The notes beneath the pieces are model-generated. The model searched no databases, was not told the DNA's origin, and saw only the letters and a list, made by a program, of their open reading frames with translations. The position numbers were made by a program, and so were the translations under genes. From Methanomassiliicoccales archaeon (GTDB taxonomy: Archaea > Thermoplasmatota > Thermoplasmata > RBG-16-68-12 > SOIM01), in contig SOIM01000020.1 of the NCBI GenBank assembly GCA_004377185.1, forward strand, positions 70,931 through 94,930: DNA of 24,000 nucleotides, written 5' to 3'. Of the stretch, positions 1 to 7,829 are shown in pieces (position 1 is the first letter of the stretch; each line of letters begins with the position of its first letter).

Positions 1-870
1 GATTGCTGGCGCAATGACGGACTTGCCAATCATCTCCCTTCCTTTGACCTTCCCGATGATATTCACTTCGTGCTTCTGCTCCTTCAATTTCTCCGCACAC
101 TGTTCGTTAATGATCCAGGTCTCCCCGTCCACATCAGCTTCCACGTATTCGACTTCGGGATCCAGCCAAAGGTTGGTCTGACCATACACAGTCTCCGGTC
201 TCAGGGTCGCGGCAAGAAGGTACTTCCCTTCTAACTCGAACTTGAGCAGCGTGAACTCGGAAGGGGTCTCTCCCTCTCCGCTGATCCTGTCGTGGTCCCC
301 CACCACCGTCTGATCCTTCGGACACCAGACCACCGGATGCTCACCGAGTCGGACGTAGCCCAATTCCTTCAACCGAGTGAACTGCCACCTGACGAACTTG
401 TCATAATGCGGGTTGGCACTTGTGGTAATGAATGTCCTGGACCAGTCCGTGCAGAGCCCGAACCTGGTGATGTCCTTTCTGGCCTCGGCCGGAAAATACT
501 TGACCCAGTAGTTCTCGTCCGCAAAGAGAGGTATCTGTTCCTCGGGTATTCCCGTACTCTTCATGAGCTCGATCTGTCGGGGCTCCCCTTCCTTGATCCG
601 TCTTGCTGCCGCCACGATTGGCATGCCCGTGCAGTGGAAGGCGTAAGGGAACAGAACGTTGAAACCCTTCATTCTCTTGTAACGGGACATTATCTCGGGA
701 TGCAGGTTAGTGACCGCCTGTCCTAAGTGAAGAAAACCGTTCACGTAAGGGTAGGGTGTGTTCGCAAAATACTTGGGTCTACTATCGTCTGCTCGGACCT
801 CAAAGACCTTGTCTTCCAGCCACTTCCTCTGCCATTTCTCTTCTGCTTTTCTTGGATCGTATTCCGTCAT
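1..870 (-). CDS. leuS: Leucyl-tRNA synthetase, N-terminal part (partial, continues beyond base 1)
   Basis: Absent from the ORF track because there is no stop inside the window. Manual minus-strand translation from ATG 870-868 stays open to base 1: MTEYDPRKAEEKWQRKWLEDKVFEV..KYFANTPYPYVNGFLHLGQ..FPYAFHCTGMPI..ATLRPETVYGQTNLWLDPE. It shows the class I HIGH-region and the TLRPET motif typical of archaeal/eukaryal LeuRS. Plus-strand ORFs 292..726 and 727..945 are antisense shadows. Confidence 0.85.
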   Translation of the reverse strand, partial: MTEYDPRKAEEKWQRKWLEDKVFEVRADDSRPKYFANTPYPYVNGFLHLGQAVTNLHPEIMSRYKRMKGFNVLFPYAFHCTGMPIVAAARRIKEGEPRQIELMKSTGIPEEQIPLFADENYWVKYFPAEARKDITRFGLCTDWSRTFITTSANPHYDKFVRWQFTRLKELGYVRLGEHPVVWCPKDQTVVGDHDRISGEGETPSEFTLLKFELEGKYLLAATLRPETVYGQTNLWLDPEVEYVEADVDGETWIINEQCAEKLKEQKHEVNIIGKVKGREMIGKSVIAPAI

Positions 871-1059
871 TTCCGCGTCTTCGGGAGTAATGAAATCTCG
901 GGTTATAGTTTTTGTTCGGAGGGACCTCTTTGTCACACAAAATAAGACAAAAGCAACTCTTATATACCACGTCTCCTATACACCTTTGAACGTCCTAATC
1001 TTCTAAAAAAATGGTAGGACAATCGTCATACTGAACCTTGAGATTTCGGCGGTGGATGA

Positions 1060-1443
1060 ATGGAGCAACCTAAAGGCAGAGTAACACTTCGCATGGAATC
1101 CAGTAACGTGAAAAGGATGGACACGTTCTTGGACGAGAACAGGGACTTCGACAGCAGGTCACAGCTCATGAGAGCGGCTCTCGAGAACTACATCGACCTT
1201 TTGGAGAGGAAAAGTGACGAAGTGGTTGTCAAGCTCGGTGGGTCTTCCCTGGAGATCATAGACGAGTTCGTGGACGCGGGATATTACGTCTCTCGTTCCG
1301 AAGGGGTCGCGGAAGCGGTAAGGAAATATTTTGACAAGAATATCGTGAACAAAATCCGCGAGGACCTCATTGCAATAGGGAAGGCAACAAACAAAATCCC
1401 CACTGTCAGGCTCAGGGACAGAGATGGATACCTTTCCCCATAA
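1060..1443 (+). CDS. Tandem ribbon-helix-helix (CopG/Arc/MetJ-like) DNA-binding protein
   Basis: Two consecutive RHH-like units: VTLRMESSNVKRMDTFLDEN..SRSQLMRAALENYI and VVVKLGGSSLEIIDEFVDAGYYVSRSEGVAEAVRKYF. GGTGG Shine-Dalgarno-like motif 4 nt upstream of the ATG. Confidence 0.6.
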   Translation: MEQPKGRVTLRMESSNVKRMDTFLDENRDFDSRSQLMRAALENYIDLLERKSDEVVVKLGGSSLEIIDEFVDAGYYVSRSEGVAEAVRKYFDKNIVNKIREDLIAIGKATNKIPTVRLRDRDGYLSP

Positions 1444-1517
1444 TTCATTGGGACGTTAACACACACTCGCCAGAAAGTTTGGAAGGATCGAACATCCCGA
1501 AAAAAAGGGATTGTGTC

Positions 1518-1561
1518 GATGGGATGCACTCTAGGCAGAAACTAGGGATGGGATGCACTCT
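1518..1561 (+). promoter_or_regulatory. Two perfect copies of the 15-mer GATGGGATGCACTCT (1518-1532 and 1547-1561), 29-nt period, candidate operator
   Basis: The exact repeat was read directly in the 190-bp spacer between the RHH gene and the FtsZ-like gene. A regulatory role is inferred only. Confidence 0.45.
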
Positions 1562-1634
1562 TCCGGACCCGAACTTTCTGGCTCCCTAACCCCACCGGCC
1601 GAAAGGCACAGAAACACCTACGTGGAGGCAATGG

Positions 1635-2429
1635 ATGAACGCAGTAACGCAAGAGAACATGGTCAGCAGAGTGGTCAGCACGCTGTATACGGACACACTG
1701 GATTCCAGTGTCTGTGTGTTGGGATGTGGCGGTGCTGGTTGCAACATAGTGAGCTCAGTGCACGAGAAAGGCATTGAAAGCGTTCGGACGATAGCAATGA
1801 ACGTGGACGGACAGGCCCTTGAGAGGACGCAAGCGGATGTAAGGATATGCCTCAATAGAAAGAGGAAGCCCAAGCCCGGGACGCTCGACTATTATGACGA
1901 CTACACCTGGTTGTGCGATGCGGCTAGTGCAGAAGCGATGGAAGCCGTGGAGTCCGGAATCCTTTTCCTCGTGTCGGGAATGGGAGGGAAGACGGGAACT
2001 TCGCTGGCGCCCGCGATTGCCAAGGCCGCGGAGAGAAAGGGCATAGTGACGGTTGTAATCGCGATTGCTCCGTTCTCTGTCGAAGGAAGGTCCGAGACAT
2101 CGGAAAGGGGAATCCAGGAGCTGCAACAGCACTCGGAATGTCTGGTTACTCTGGAGAACGACTCGCTCCTCGAGATCGGGACGGATCTGCCCTTCAACCA
2201 GTTGATGCACGTCATCGACGAAATGGTCGTAAAGATAGTGGAGACCGCGGTGAACTGGATATCCCGCTCCTTCTTGGCAACGATCTTCGGTGAAGCGGAT
2301 TCGGTCGCAAAGGAGATGGTCGGCAGACAGGAAATCGACAGCGGTCTGATAAGACCTCCTGTTGGTTCAGTTGAGGCTCGAGTAGACCCGATCGCAATCG
2401 AATCGAATGGACAGATACTCAGGAGATAG
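1635..2429 (+). CDS. Short, divergent FtsZ/tubulin-family GTPase-domain protein
   Basis: VCVLGCGGAGCNIV (G-box), NVD, GMGGKTGTSLAP in place of the tubulin signature GGGTG(T/S)G, APFSVEGRS (cf. PFxFEG), ENDSLLEI (cf. NDxLL). At 264 aa it ends about 45 aa after helix H7, with no recognisable C-terminal domain. GGAGG sits 6 nt upstream of the ATG. Confidence 0.7.
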   Translation: MNAVTQENMVSRVVSTLYTDTLDSSVCVLGCGGAGCNIVSSVHEKGIESVRTIAMNVDGQALERTQADVRICLNRKRKPKPGTLDYYDDYTWLCDAASAEAMEAVESGILFLVSGMGGKTGTSLAPAIAKAAERKGIVTVVIAIAPFSVEGRSETSERGIQELQQHSECLVTLENDSLLEIGTDLPFNQLMHVIDEMVVKIVETAVNWISRSFLATIFGEADSVAKEMVGRQEIDSGLIRPPVGSVEARVDPIAIESNGQILRR

Positions 2430-2516
2430 GATAGCGGAACTAGCAAGACCATTCTTCTAGCTCGCTCCAGGCATTACTATTTATGCTATTTTGTCTATAG
2501 CAGTGGGGGTGATGGA

Positions 2517-2936
2517 TTGGCTTTTTATGCCGATACAATTGAGTTCCATACCAAGGGAGAAGTGGACATAAAGGACATCACGAACGATGTTGTTGGGATT
2601 GTGAAAGAATCAGGACTGAACAACGGCATTGCCTGTGTCTTCACACCGAGTTCTACAAGCGCAATTACCACGATCGAATACGAACCAGGGCTTCTGAGGG
2701 ACCTTCCCGACGCTCTGGAAAAGCTGTTCCCGAAGAAGGCTCGGTATGAACACGAGATGAGATGGCATGACGGTAACGGGCATTCGCACGTGAGGGCTTC
2801 CTTCATGAGCCCCAGTCTCAGCATTCCTTTCGTTGATGGGAATCCGGTCCTGGGCACATGGCAGCAAATCGTCTTCGTGGAACTCGACAATAAGGCGAGG
2901 AACAGGAAATTGCTCGTTCATCTGGTTGGGGAATGA
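2517..2936 (+). CDS. YjbQ/UPF0047 family protein (secondary thiamine-phosphate synthase-like)
   Basis: HDGNGHSHVRASFMSPSLSIPFVDGNPVLGTWQQIVFVELD matches the UPF0047 core pattern. TTG start preceded by GGGGGTGA. Confidence 0.75.
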   Translation: MAFYADTIEFHTKGEVDIKDITNDVVGIVKESGLNNGIACVFTPSSTSAITTIEYEPGLLRDLPDALEKLFPKKARYEHEMRWHDGNGHSHVRASFMSPSLSIPFVDGNPVLGTWQQIVFVELDNKARNRKLLVHLVGE

Positions 2937-3067
2937 TGTTGGTCAATTCGGAAAGAGAATCTTTTTAAGAAGTTAGGGAATAGGGCCAAGTGGAATAGGG
3001 GAGGTGTCCGGGAACGACAGAGGACGTACAGAACCGGAAAGCCGAGAAAGGGTTCAAGCTGACGAGA

Positions 3068-3880
3068 GTGGGTGTCACTGGTGTAAGAAAACCGGTACAG
3101 GTACAGAGACCGGACAAGGCCGTGACGCTGAACATTGTCGTAGATGCGTTCGTGGACCTTCCTTCCAACATGAAAGGTTCTCATCTGTCGAGAAACGTGG
3201 AAGTAATCGGGGAGATAGTGGACGAGAGCGTGAGGGAGCCCGTTTCCAGCATCGAGAATCTGACTCTACTGATCTGCCGTTCGCTTCTCGAGAGGCATGA
3301 ATACGCTTCCCTGTCCGAGGCCAGGACCATAGCCGACTACTTCCTTGAGCGGAAGACGCCCATGGGCAAGAAGAGCCTGGAGGGTTACAAGATTTTCGCT
3401 TGTGCCAAGGTGAGAAGGGGGGATGGCCTGACCGCTGAGAGAAGGATAGGCGTTGAGGTGGTGGGAATGACGGCTTGTCCCTGTGCCATGGAGACAATCA
3501 AGGATTCCCTGTCCGTCCAAGTGGAGAACCTACCCATAATCACACATAACCAGAGGAACAAAACGACAATCGAAATGGACGTTCCAAACGGCTTCGAGAT
3601 TGAGGCCGATGACCTGATTGAGATGGTGGAGAACGCCATGAGCAGTCCTACCTATGAGATTCTGAAAAGGGAGGATGAAGCCGAGGTCGTTCGGAGGGCG
3701 CACGACAATCCGAAATTCGTGGAGGATGTCGTCAGGGACATTCTTTCATCTATTCTGGACAAGTATGCTGATTTTCCAGACGATGTTGCTGTCCGTGTGA
3801 GAAGTGAGAGCGAGGAGTCCATCCACAAACACAATGCATTTGCTGAACGGGATACGACTTTTAGGGAGTTGAGGCTGTGA
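3068..3880 (+). CDS. mptA: GTP cyclohydrolase MptA/FolE2 family (COG1469). The true start is probably upstream of the track start.
   Basis: LPSNMKGSHLSRN, GMTACPCAMET and the overall length fit FolE2/MptA. The same frame is open from 2999 and encodes EDVQNRKAEKGFKLTRVGVTGVRKPV, the family's N-terminal DVQ..RVGV..P motif, upstream of the GTG at 3068. Confidence 0.75.
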   Translation: MGVTGVRKPVQVQRPDKAVTLNIVVDAFVDLPSNMKGSHLSRNVEVIGEIVDESVREPVSSIENLTLLICRSLLERHEYASLSEARTIADYFLERKTPMGKKSLEGYKIFACAKVRRGDGLTAERRIGVEVVGMTACPCAMETIKDSLSVQVENLPIITHNQRNKTTIEMDVPNGFEIEADDLIEMVENAMSSPTYEILKREDEAEVVRRAHDNPKFVEDVVRDILSSILDKYADFPDDVAVRVRSESEESIHKHNAFAERDTTFRELRL

Positions 3881-4173
3881 GTAAGAAATTGCTGGTTCGC
3901 GTGAGAGAGATTAAGGGCAGTTGTAGCATGTTCAAAGAAGGTGATGAGTTCACAATCGAAGGGGCGAGCTTGAAGATCGAGACCGGAAAAGCTGTGTGCA
4001 TTCATTCGTTGCCAACGCTTCTTCATTTCTCCATGGCATTGAGGGAGGGCGCTGATCCGGTGGAATTGGGTCTTGCCAAAGAGGGAAACAAGGCCTACCT
4101 CCGATGTCCAGATCCGGGTGAACCGTACACCAACGGCGGAGGAGTCATCTTCGAGATTGAACGCGTGGACTGA
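3877..4173 (+). CDS. Small Cys-containing protein, TIGR04076-like
   Basis: Pattern G-x-C-x2-FKEGDEF..C..L..L..G..CPD..V-FEIER resembles the TIGR04076 family. The GTG start overlaps the mptA stop by 4 nt (GTGA). Confidence 0.5.
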   Translation: MSKKLLVRVREIKGSCSMFKEGDEFTIEGASLKIETGKAVCIHSLPTLLHFSMALREGADPVELGLAKEGNKAYLRCPDPGEPYTNGGGVIFEIERVD

Positions 4174-4212
4174 GAAAAAGTAATATCTATCAGTTGTGCA
4201 TAGGTGACTGAG

Positions 4213-4377
4213 ATGTCACTCGTAGGGGTTTGCTCAATCTGTTCGGGTCCTGCTATGAACACCTGCCGAATGTGCGGCAAGCTCGCTTGTAGGGGGCACT
4301 ACGATCCAGCGACCGGACTGTGTGTGAACTGCGCACAGAAGAAAGGACCTGGTGAACCAATGGTCCCGTTGAAATGA
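4213..4377 (+). CDS. Unannotated 54-aa zinc-finger protein with 8 ligands (cross-brace/HIT-like spacing)
   Basis: Below the track's length cutoff. Manual translation: MSLVGVCSICSGPAMNTCRMCGKLACRGHYDPATGLCVNCAQKKGPGEPMVPLK. Ligand spacing is CxxC-x7-CxxC-x4-C-x2-H-x7-CxxC. GGTGA lies 5 nt upstream of the ATG. Confidence 0.6.
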   Translation: MSLVGVCSICSGPAMNTCRMCGKLACRGHYDPATGLCVNCAQKKGPGEPMVPLK

Positions 4378-4410
4378 TTCTTTTTGGGGAATGTTTGCAG
4401 GAATTCTCCG

Positions 4411-4899
4411 TTAGAGCAATCTCTTGGCTTCTTTGGGTTCTAGGTCTATCGCTTTCAGAAGGTAGGTCAACGCCTTAGAGACAATTATGTCCTTTGTCTG
4501 GTCGTCCAGGTATTGCTCCATTATGACGGGTGCCATACTGGAATACTGGATTGCGAACTCGGTGTAGTAGTAAGGAGCGTTCTCCGGATCCACTTGTGCG
4601 GCTTCACTCAGAAGTCTCTCGGCCTCGTTGAAATGACCGTCGTTCATGCAGTAGAGCGCGTAGGCTTCCATGTACTGAGGGTTCTTCGGATCCAGCTGGA
4701 TCGCCTTCTGATACCAGGTCCCCACGTTCTCCTTCTTGACCTTCGGCATTCCAATAGCAGACTCCGCTTTCCCGAAATATGCAAGGGCGTTGCTTTCATC
4801 GATCTTCACGGCCTTGTCAAAATGCTTGTATGCGCTCTTATAATCCAAACCGTTCAGGAATCTCTCCCCTTTTGCTATTTCCTCGTCCGCCGTACTCAT
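4411..4899 (-). CDS. TPR-repeat protein
   Basis: Repeated 34-aa A/Y/G pattern, e.g. AYKHFDKAVKIDESNALAYFGKAES and WYQKAIQLDPKNPQYMEAYALYC. Confidence 0.75.
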   Translation of the reverse strand: MSTADEEIAKGERFLNGLDYKSAYKHFDKAVKIDESNALAYFGKAESAIGMPKVKKENVGTWYQKAIQLDPKNPQYMEAYALYCMNDGHFNEAERLLSEAAQVDPENAPYYYTEFAIQYSSMAPVIMEQYLDDQTKDIIVSKALTYLLKAIDLEPKEAKRLL

Positions 4900-4981
4900 T
4901 TGAAACCCTCAGACATGAATGAAAATTCTTTGAAGATAAAGGTTTTGCTGTTGGTTCTCGGATGTGAGAATACCTTCTTTG

Positions 4982-6523
4982 CTACACGCGGGGCAACCTG
5001 GAGTTCCTGAGCCAGTCAATGTCGCTTACGTAGATGTCCCTTATGTCCTCGATCCCTTCGCTCGCCATCACGATCCTTTCCAGCCCCAACCCCCAGGCAA
5101 GTACTGGGTGCTTGATCCCGAAAGGATGCGTCACCTCGGGCCGGAAGATGCCAGATCCTCCGAGCTCCATCCACTGGTCCTTGAAATAGACCTCCACCTC
5201 CATGCTGGGCTCGGTATATGGAAAGAAACCGGGTCTAACTCGTATCTTCTCGAAACCCATCTTCCTGTAGAACTCCCTCAGGATTCCTATCAACATGGCA
5301 AGGTTCGCATTCTCCACCATCACGATGCCTTCCACCTGTTGGAACTCATCCAGGTTCTTCCAGGTTATCGTCTCTCTACGGAATATCCTGCCGATGGTGA
5401 AGACCTTGACAGGGGGATCGGGGTGCTCAGAGAGATACTTGATGCTGTTCACCGTTGTGTGGGTCCTCAAGATGGTCTTCTCCGCCTCCTGGACATCCCA
5501 GTCATAACCCCATCCATCCGAATCTATGTCGCCTCCCTTCTCGTGCATTTCTTGGACTCTCTTGACTAGCTCTGCGTCAGGGAGTGGGAGCTTCTCTGGG
5601 TTCTGGACGTAGAAGGTGTCCTGCATGTCCCGTGCCGGATGGTCCTGTGGCTGGAAGAGTGCATCGAAGTCCCAGAATGCCAGCTCTACGAAATCTCCTT
5701 CAATCTCTTTGAAACCCATCTCAGAGAAGACCCTTCTGACCTTCTCAATGTACTGGCTGAGGGGGTGCTTCCTTCCTCCGTAGAGTGATGGTGCGAATGT
5801 TCCTACGTCATACTTCCTGAAACCGACCTCCTTCCACTTTCCAGATGATATCAATTCGGGCGTGAGCTGTGCTACTTCTTCTTTGAGTTCGATCCCTATC
5901 GACAGCACTTCCTTTCCCAGCGGGGTCAAGGCCACCTCCCTTCGTACGATCTCTCTTTCCTTGACCACGTCCTTACGGGACAAAAGCATCTTGATGATGA
6001 CCGGTTCGACCTCCAGTTCCGTCACCTCACCCTTTCCGAGTGAACGGATGAGCTCCTCGTCCTTTCCGACAGTCGAGACTGACTCTTTGCCTTTCTCGGT
6101 TATCTTGATGACGGTTGCTCCGTCCTCCCTCTCCACCGTCGCCCATCCCTTCTTCCTCATCCAACCGACCGCAATCGGAACCTCGTTCTCGGTGACTTTG
6201 CCGCTTCTCTTGAGCTCGTCGATTGTCAGTACGCCATGCCTCTTTCTCAGAAGTTTCAGAGCTCTACGCTCTGGAAGGTTCTTGGTCGCCCACTTCTTCT
6301 TCGCGAGGGAGTATCTTCGGGTGGGTTTCTCTTCCATTGTTACGAGGTTCTTGGACCTGAGCCAGGAGGATGCGTTCATGACCTCAACCAGTTCTTTGAA
6401 CTTACCCTCTCTCTGTATCTCCTCGGGCGTGGCTTTCTTCAAATCCTTAAGCGTGAGAAGGACCTTCTTCTCCAGATAGCTGAGTTCCTCAACAATGTCC
6501 TCAAGGTCAGGTTTGTCAGTCAA
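4982..6523 (-). CDS. pheS: Phenylalanyl-tRNA synthetase alpha subunit (archaeal type)
   Basis: 513 aa. N-terminal wHTH repeats plus a class II core: HPLSQ, FQPQDHPARDMQDTFY, LRTHTT, GRIFRRE, GGSGIFRPEV, AWGLGLERI. Confidence 0.92.
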   Translation of the reverse strand: MTDKPDLEDIVEELSYLEKKVLLTLKDLKKATPEEIQREGKFKELVEVMNASSWLRSKNLVTMEEKPTRRYSLAKKKWATKNLPERRALKLLRKRHGVLTIDELKRSGKVTENEVPIAVGWMRKKGWATVEREDGATVIKITEKGKESVSTVGKDEELIRSLGKGEVTELEVEPVIIKMLLSRKDVVKEREIVRREVALTPLGKEVLSIGIELKEEVAQLTPELISSGKWKEVGFRKYDVGTFAPSLYGGRKHPLSQYIEKVRRVFSEMGFKEIEGDFVELAFWDFDALFQPQDHPARDMQDTFYVQNPEKLPLPDAELVKRVQEMHEKGGDIDSDGWGYDWDVQEAEKTILRTHTTVNSIKYLSEHPDPPVKVFTIGRIFRRETITWKNLDEFQQVEGIVMVENANLAMLIGILREFYRKMGFEKIRVRPGFFPYTEPSMEVEVYFKDQWMELGGSGIFRPEVTHPFGIKHPVLAWGLGLERIVMASEGIEDIRDIYVSDIDWLRNSRLPRV

Positions 6524-6524
6524 C

Positions 6525-7643
6525 TCAATCCCTCAGCATGAAATCCTCCAGGACGTCCCTGGCTTTCTCTCTCTTCTCTTGATGGTCCTTCAAGAACCCC
6601 CAGACGAGCGATATCAAGTGCTGCTTGCACTCTCCGCACATTATGTTGCCCGAACGGCACTCTTCGTACCTGTCCTGAAGCTCCTTGTCGTCCGGAATGA
6701 ATAGATATAGATAATATTTGTAAACGGAACAGATATCAGGATCACCTCCCAATTTCTTCTGCTCCTCGATTGACACCCTGCCGCCCGTGAAGGCATTCTG
6801 CACGCTTTTCTTGATATCATCTTCGGAATCTGTCGTGAATATGCTCGACCCAGGTATGGAAGCCGACATCTTGTCAGAGCCGGTGAGGCTTGGCAACAGT
6901 TTATTGTGCAAAAGCGCTGGCTTGTAGTATCCGAGGTGCTCTGCCGCGTCCCTGGCGATTCGGAAATGGGGGTCCTGGTCTATTCCACACGGGATGAGAC
7001 AGGGTATGTTCTTTCCCTCCAAGACGCTTCCCAGGAAAGCCGGGGCCGCCTGTATGCTGGTGTAGAATATCGAACCTATGTTGTTGCTTTGGGTGAATCC
7101 GAACACCGCCCTAACAGTGGAGAAGGTGACCCTTTTGGCGACCTTGATTGCAATCGGGTAGAGATGATGGATGTACTCGGTATCCAGGAATATGTTCGTC
7201 AGGGACGGATCGAAGCCCAGGGCGATGACATCCAGCGCGTTCTCGTACGCGTATTTCTTGGTGTCCTCCAGAGTCTTGGACTCATCGAACATGAACTTCT
7301 CGTCCTCGGTGAGCTGGAAGTAGAACTTGTTCTTGAAATTGTCCTGAAGCCATTTGCAGAGAATCCAGGGAACGAGATGGCCGATGGTTGTGTGTCCCGA
7401 AGGCCCCCTGCCTGTGTACAGGTAGAAGGTGTTGCCTTTCTCATGCTGCTCCAATATCCAGTTCATGTCTCGATGGGAGTAGAATAACCCTCTTCTGAGC
7501 ATCACATGTAATGGGGATGCGTGCTTCTCGATGTGTTTAAGCAGATCATCGGTCACCTTTTGGGTACCGAATTTCTCGATCAGCTTGTCGTAGTCCACTT
7601 CCCCTCTGACTTCCCATGGGGTTACTATGAAATCCTCTGGCAT
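6525..7643 (-). CDS. trpS: Tryptophanyl-tRNA synthetase (archaeal/eukaryal type)
   Basis: GRGPSGHTTIGHLVPW (HIGH-like), KMSAS (KMSKS variant typical of TrpRS), C-terminal CGECK. Its stop is 1 nt from the pheS start, indicating an operon. Confidence 0.9.
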   Translation of the reverse strand: MPEDFIVTPWEVRGEVDYDKLIEKFGTQKVTDDLLKHIEKHASPLHVMLRRGLFYSHRDMNWILEQHEKGNTFYLYTGRGPSGHTTIGHLVPWILCKWLQDNFKNKFYFQLTEDEKFMFDESKTLEDTKKYAYENALDVIALGFDPSLTNIFLDTEYIHHLYPIAIKVAKRVTFSTVRAVFGFTQSNNIGSIFYTSIQAAPAFLGSVLEGKNIPCLIPCGIDQDPHFRIARDAAEHLGYYKPALLHNKLLPSLTGSDKMSASIPGSSIFTTDSEDDIKKSVQNAFTGGRVSIEEQKKLGGDPDICSVYKYYLYLFIPDDKELQDRYEECRSGNIMCGECKQHLISLVWGFLKDHQEKREKARDVLEDFMLRD

Positions 7644-7829
7644 TCAGTTCGCCCTCTTAATAAGCTCACCAATAATAATCCTTCGCCTTTGGTTGGCTCG
7701 GAACAAGCTGGTGATTTCGCTCGGGGATAATTGTGAAGATACTGATTTAAGCATCAGACAAGCTTGTTCTTGGATACGAGCAGGGAACAGATTTGCACCG
7801 ATGTTCGTACAAGAGAAGAAGGTGAAAGA

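Noticed and set aside
292-1006. Plus-strand ORFs of 144, 72 and 82 aa at the window start
   Set aside because: They lie antisense to (or, for the tail of 758..1006, just beyond) a continuous, clearly homologous LeuRS reading frame on the minus strand (1-870) and show no motifs of their own.
3004-3300. 98-aa ORF starting at GTG 3004
   Set aside because: It overlaps the mptA frame, which carries the conserved motifs. Its Arg/Glu-rich translation looks like an out-of-frame product. It is relevant only to the start-codon puzzle noted in the findings.
5862-6479. 205-aa plus-strand ORF, serine/leucine-rich
   Set aside because: It is the antisense shadow of pheS. The same reasoning applies to 6906..7487 (antisense of trpS), 7851..8444 and 7886..8416 (overlapping the P/Q-rich gene), and 18076..18912 (antisense of L18e/L13/S9).
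7758-7767. 10-nt palindrome ACAAGCTTGT upstream of the zinc-ribbon/Tubby-like gene
   Set aside because: Palindromes of this length are expected about 20 times by chance in 24 kb, and there is no second copy or supporting context.
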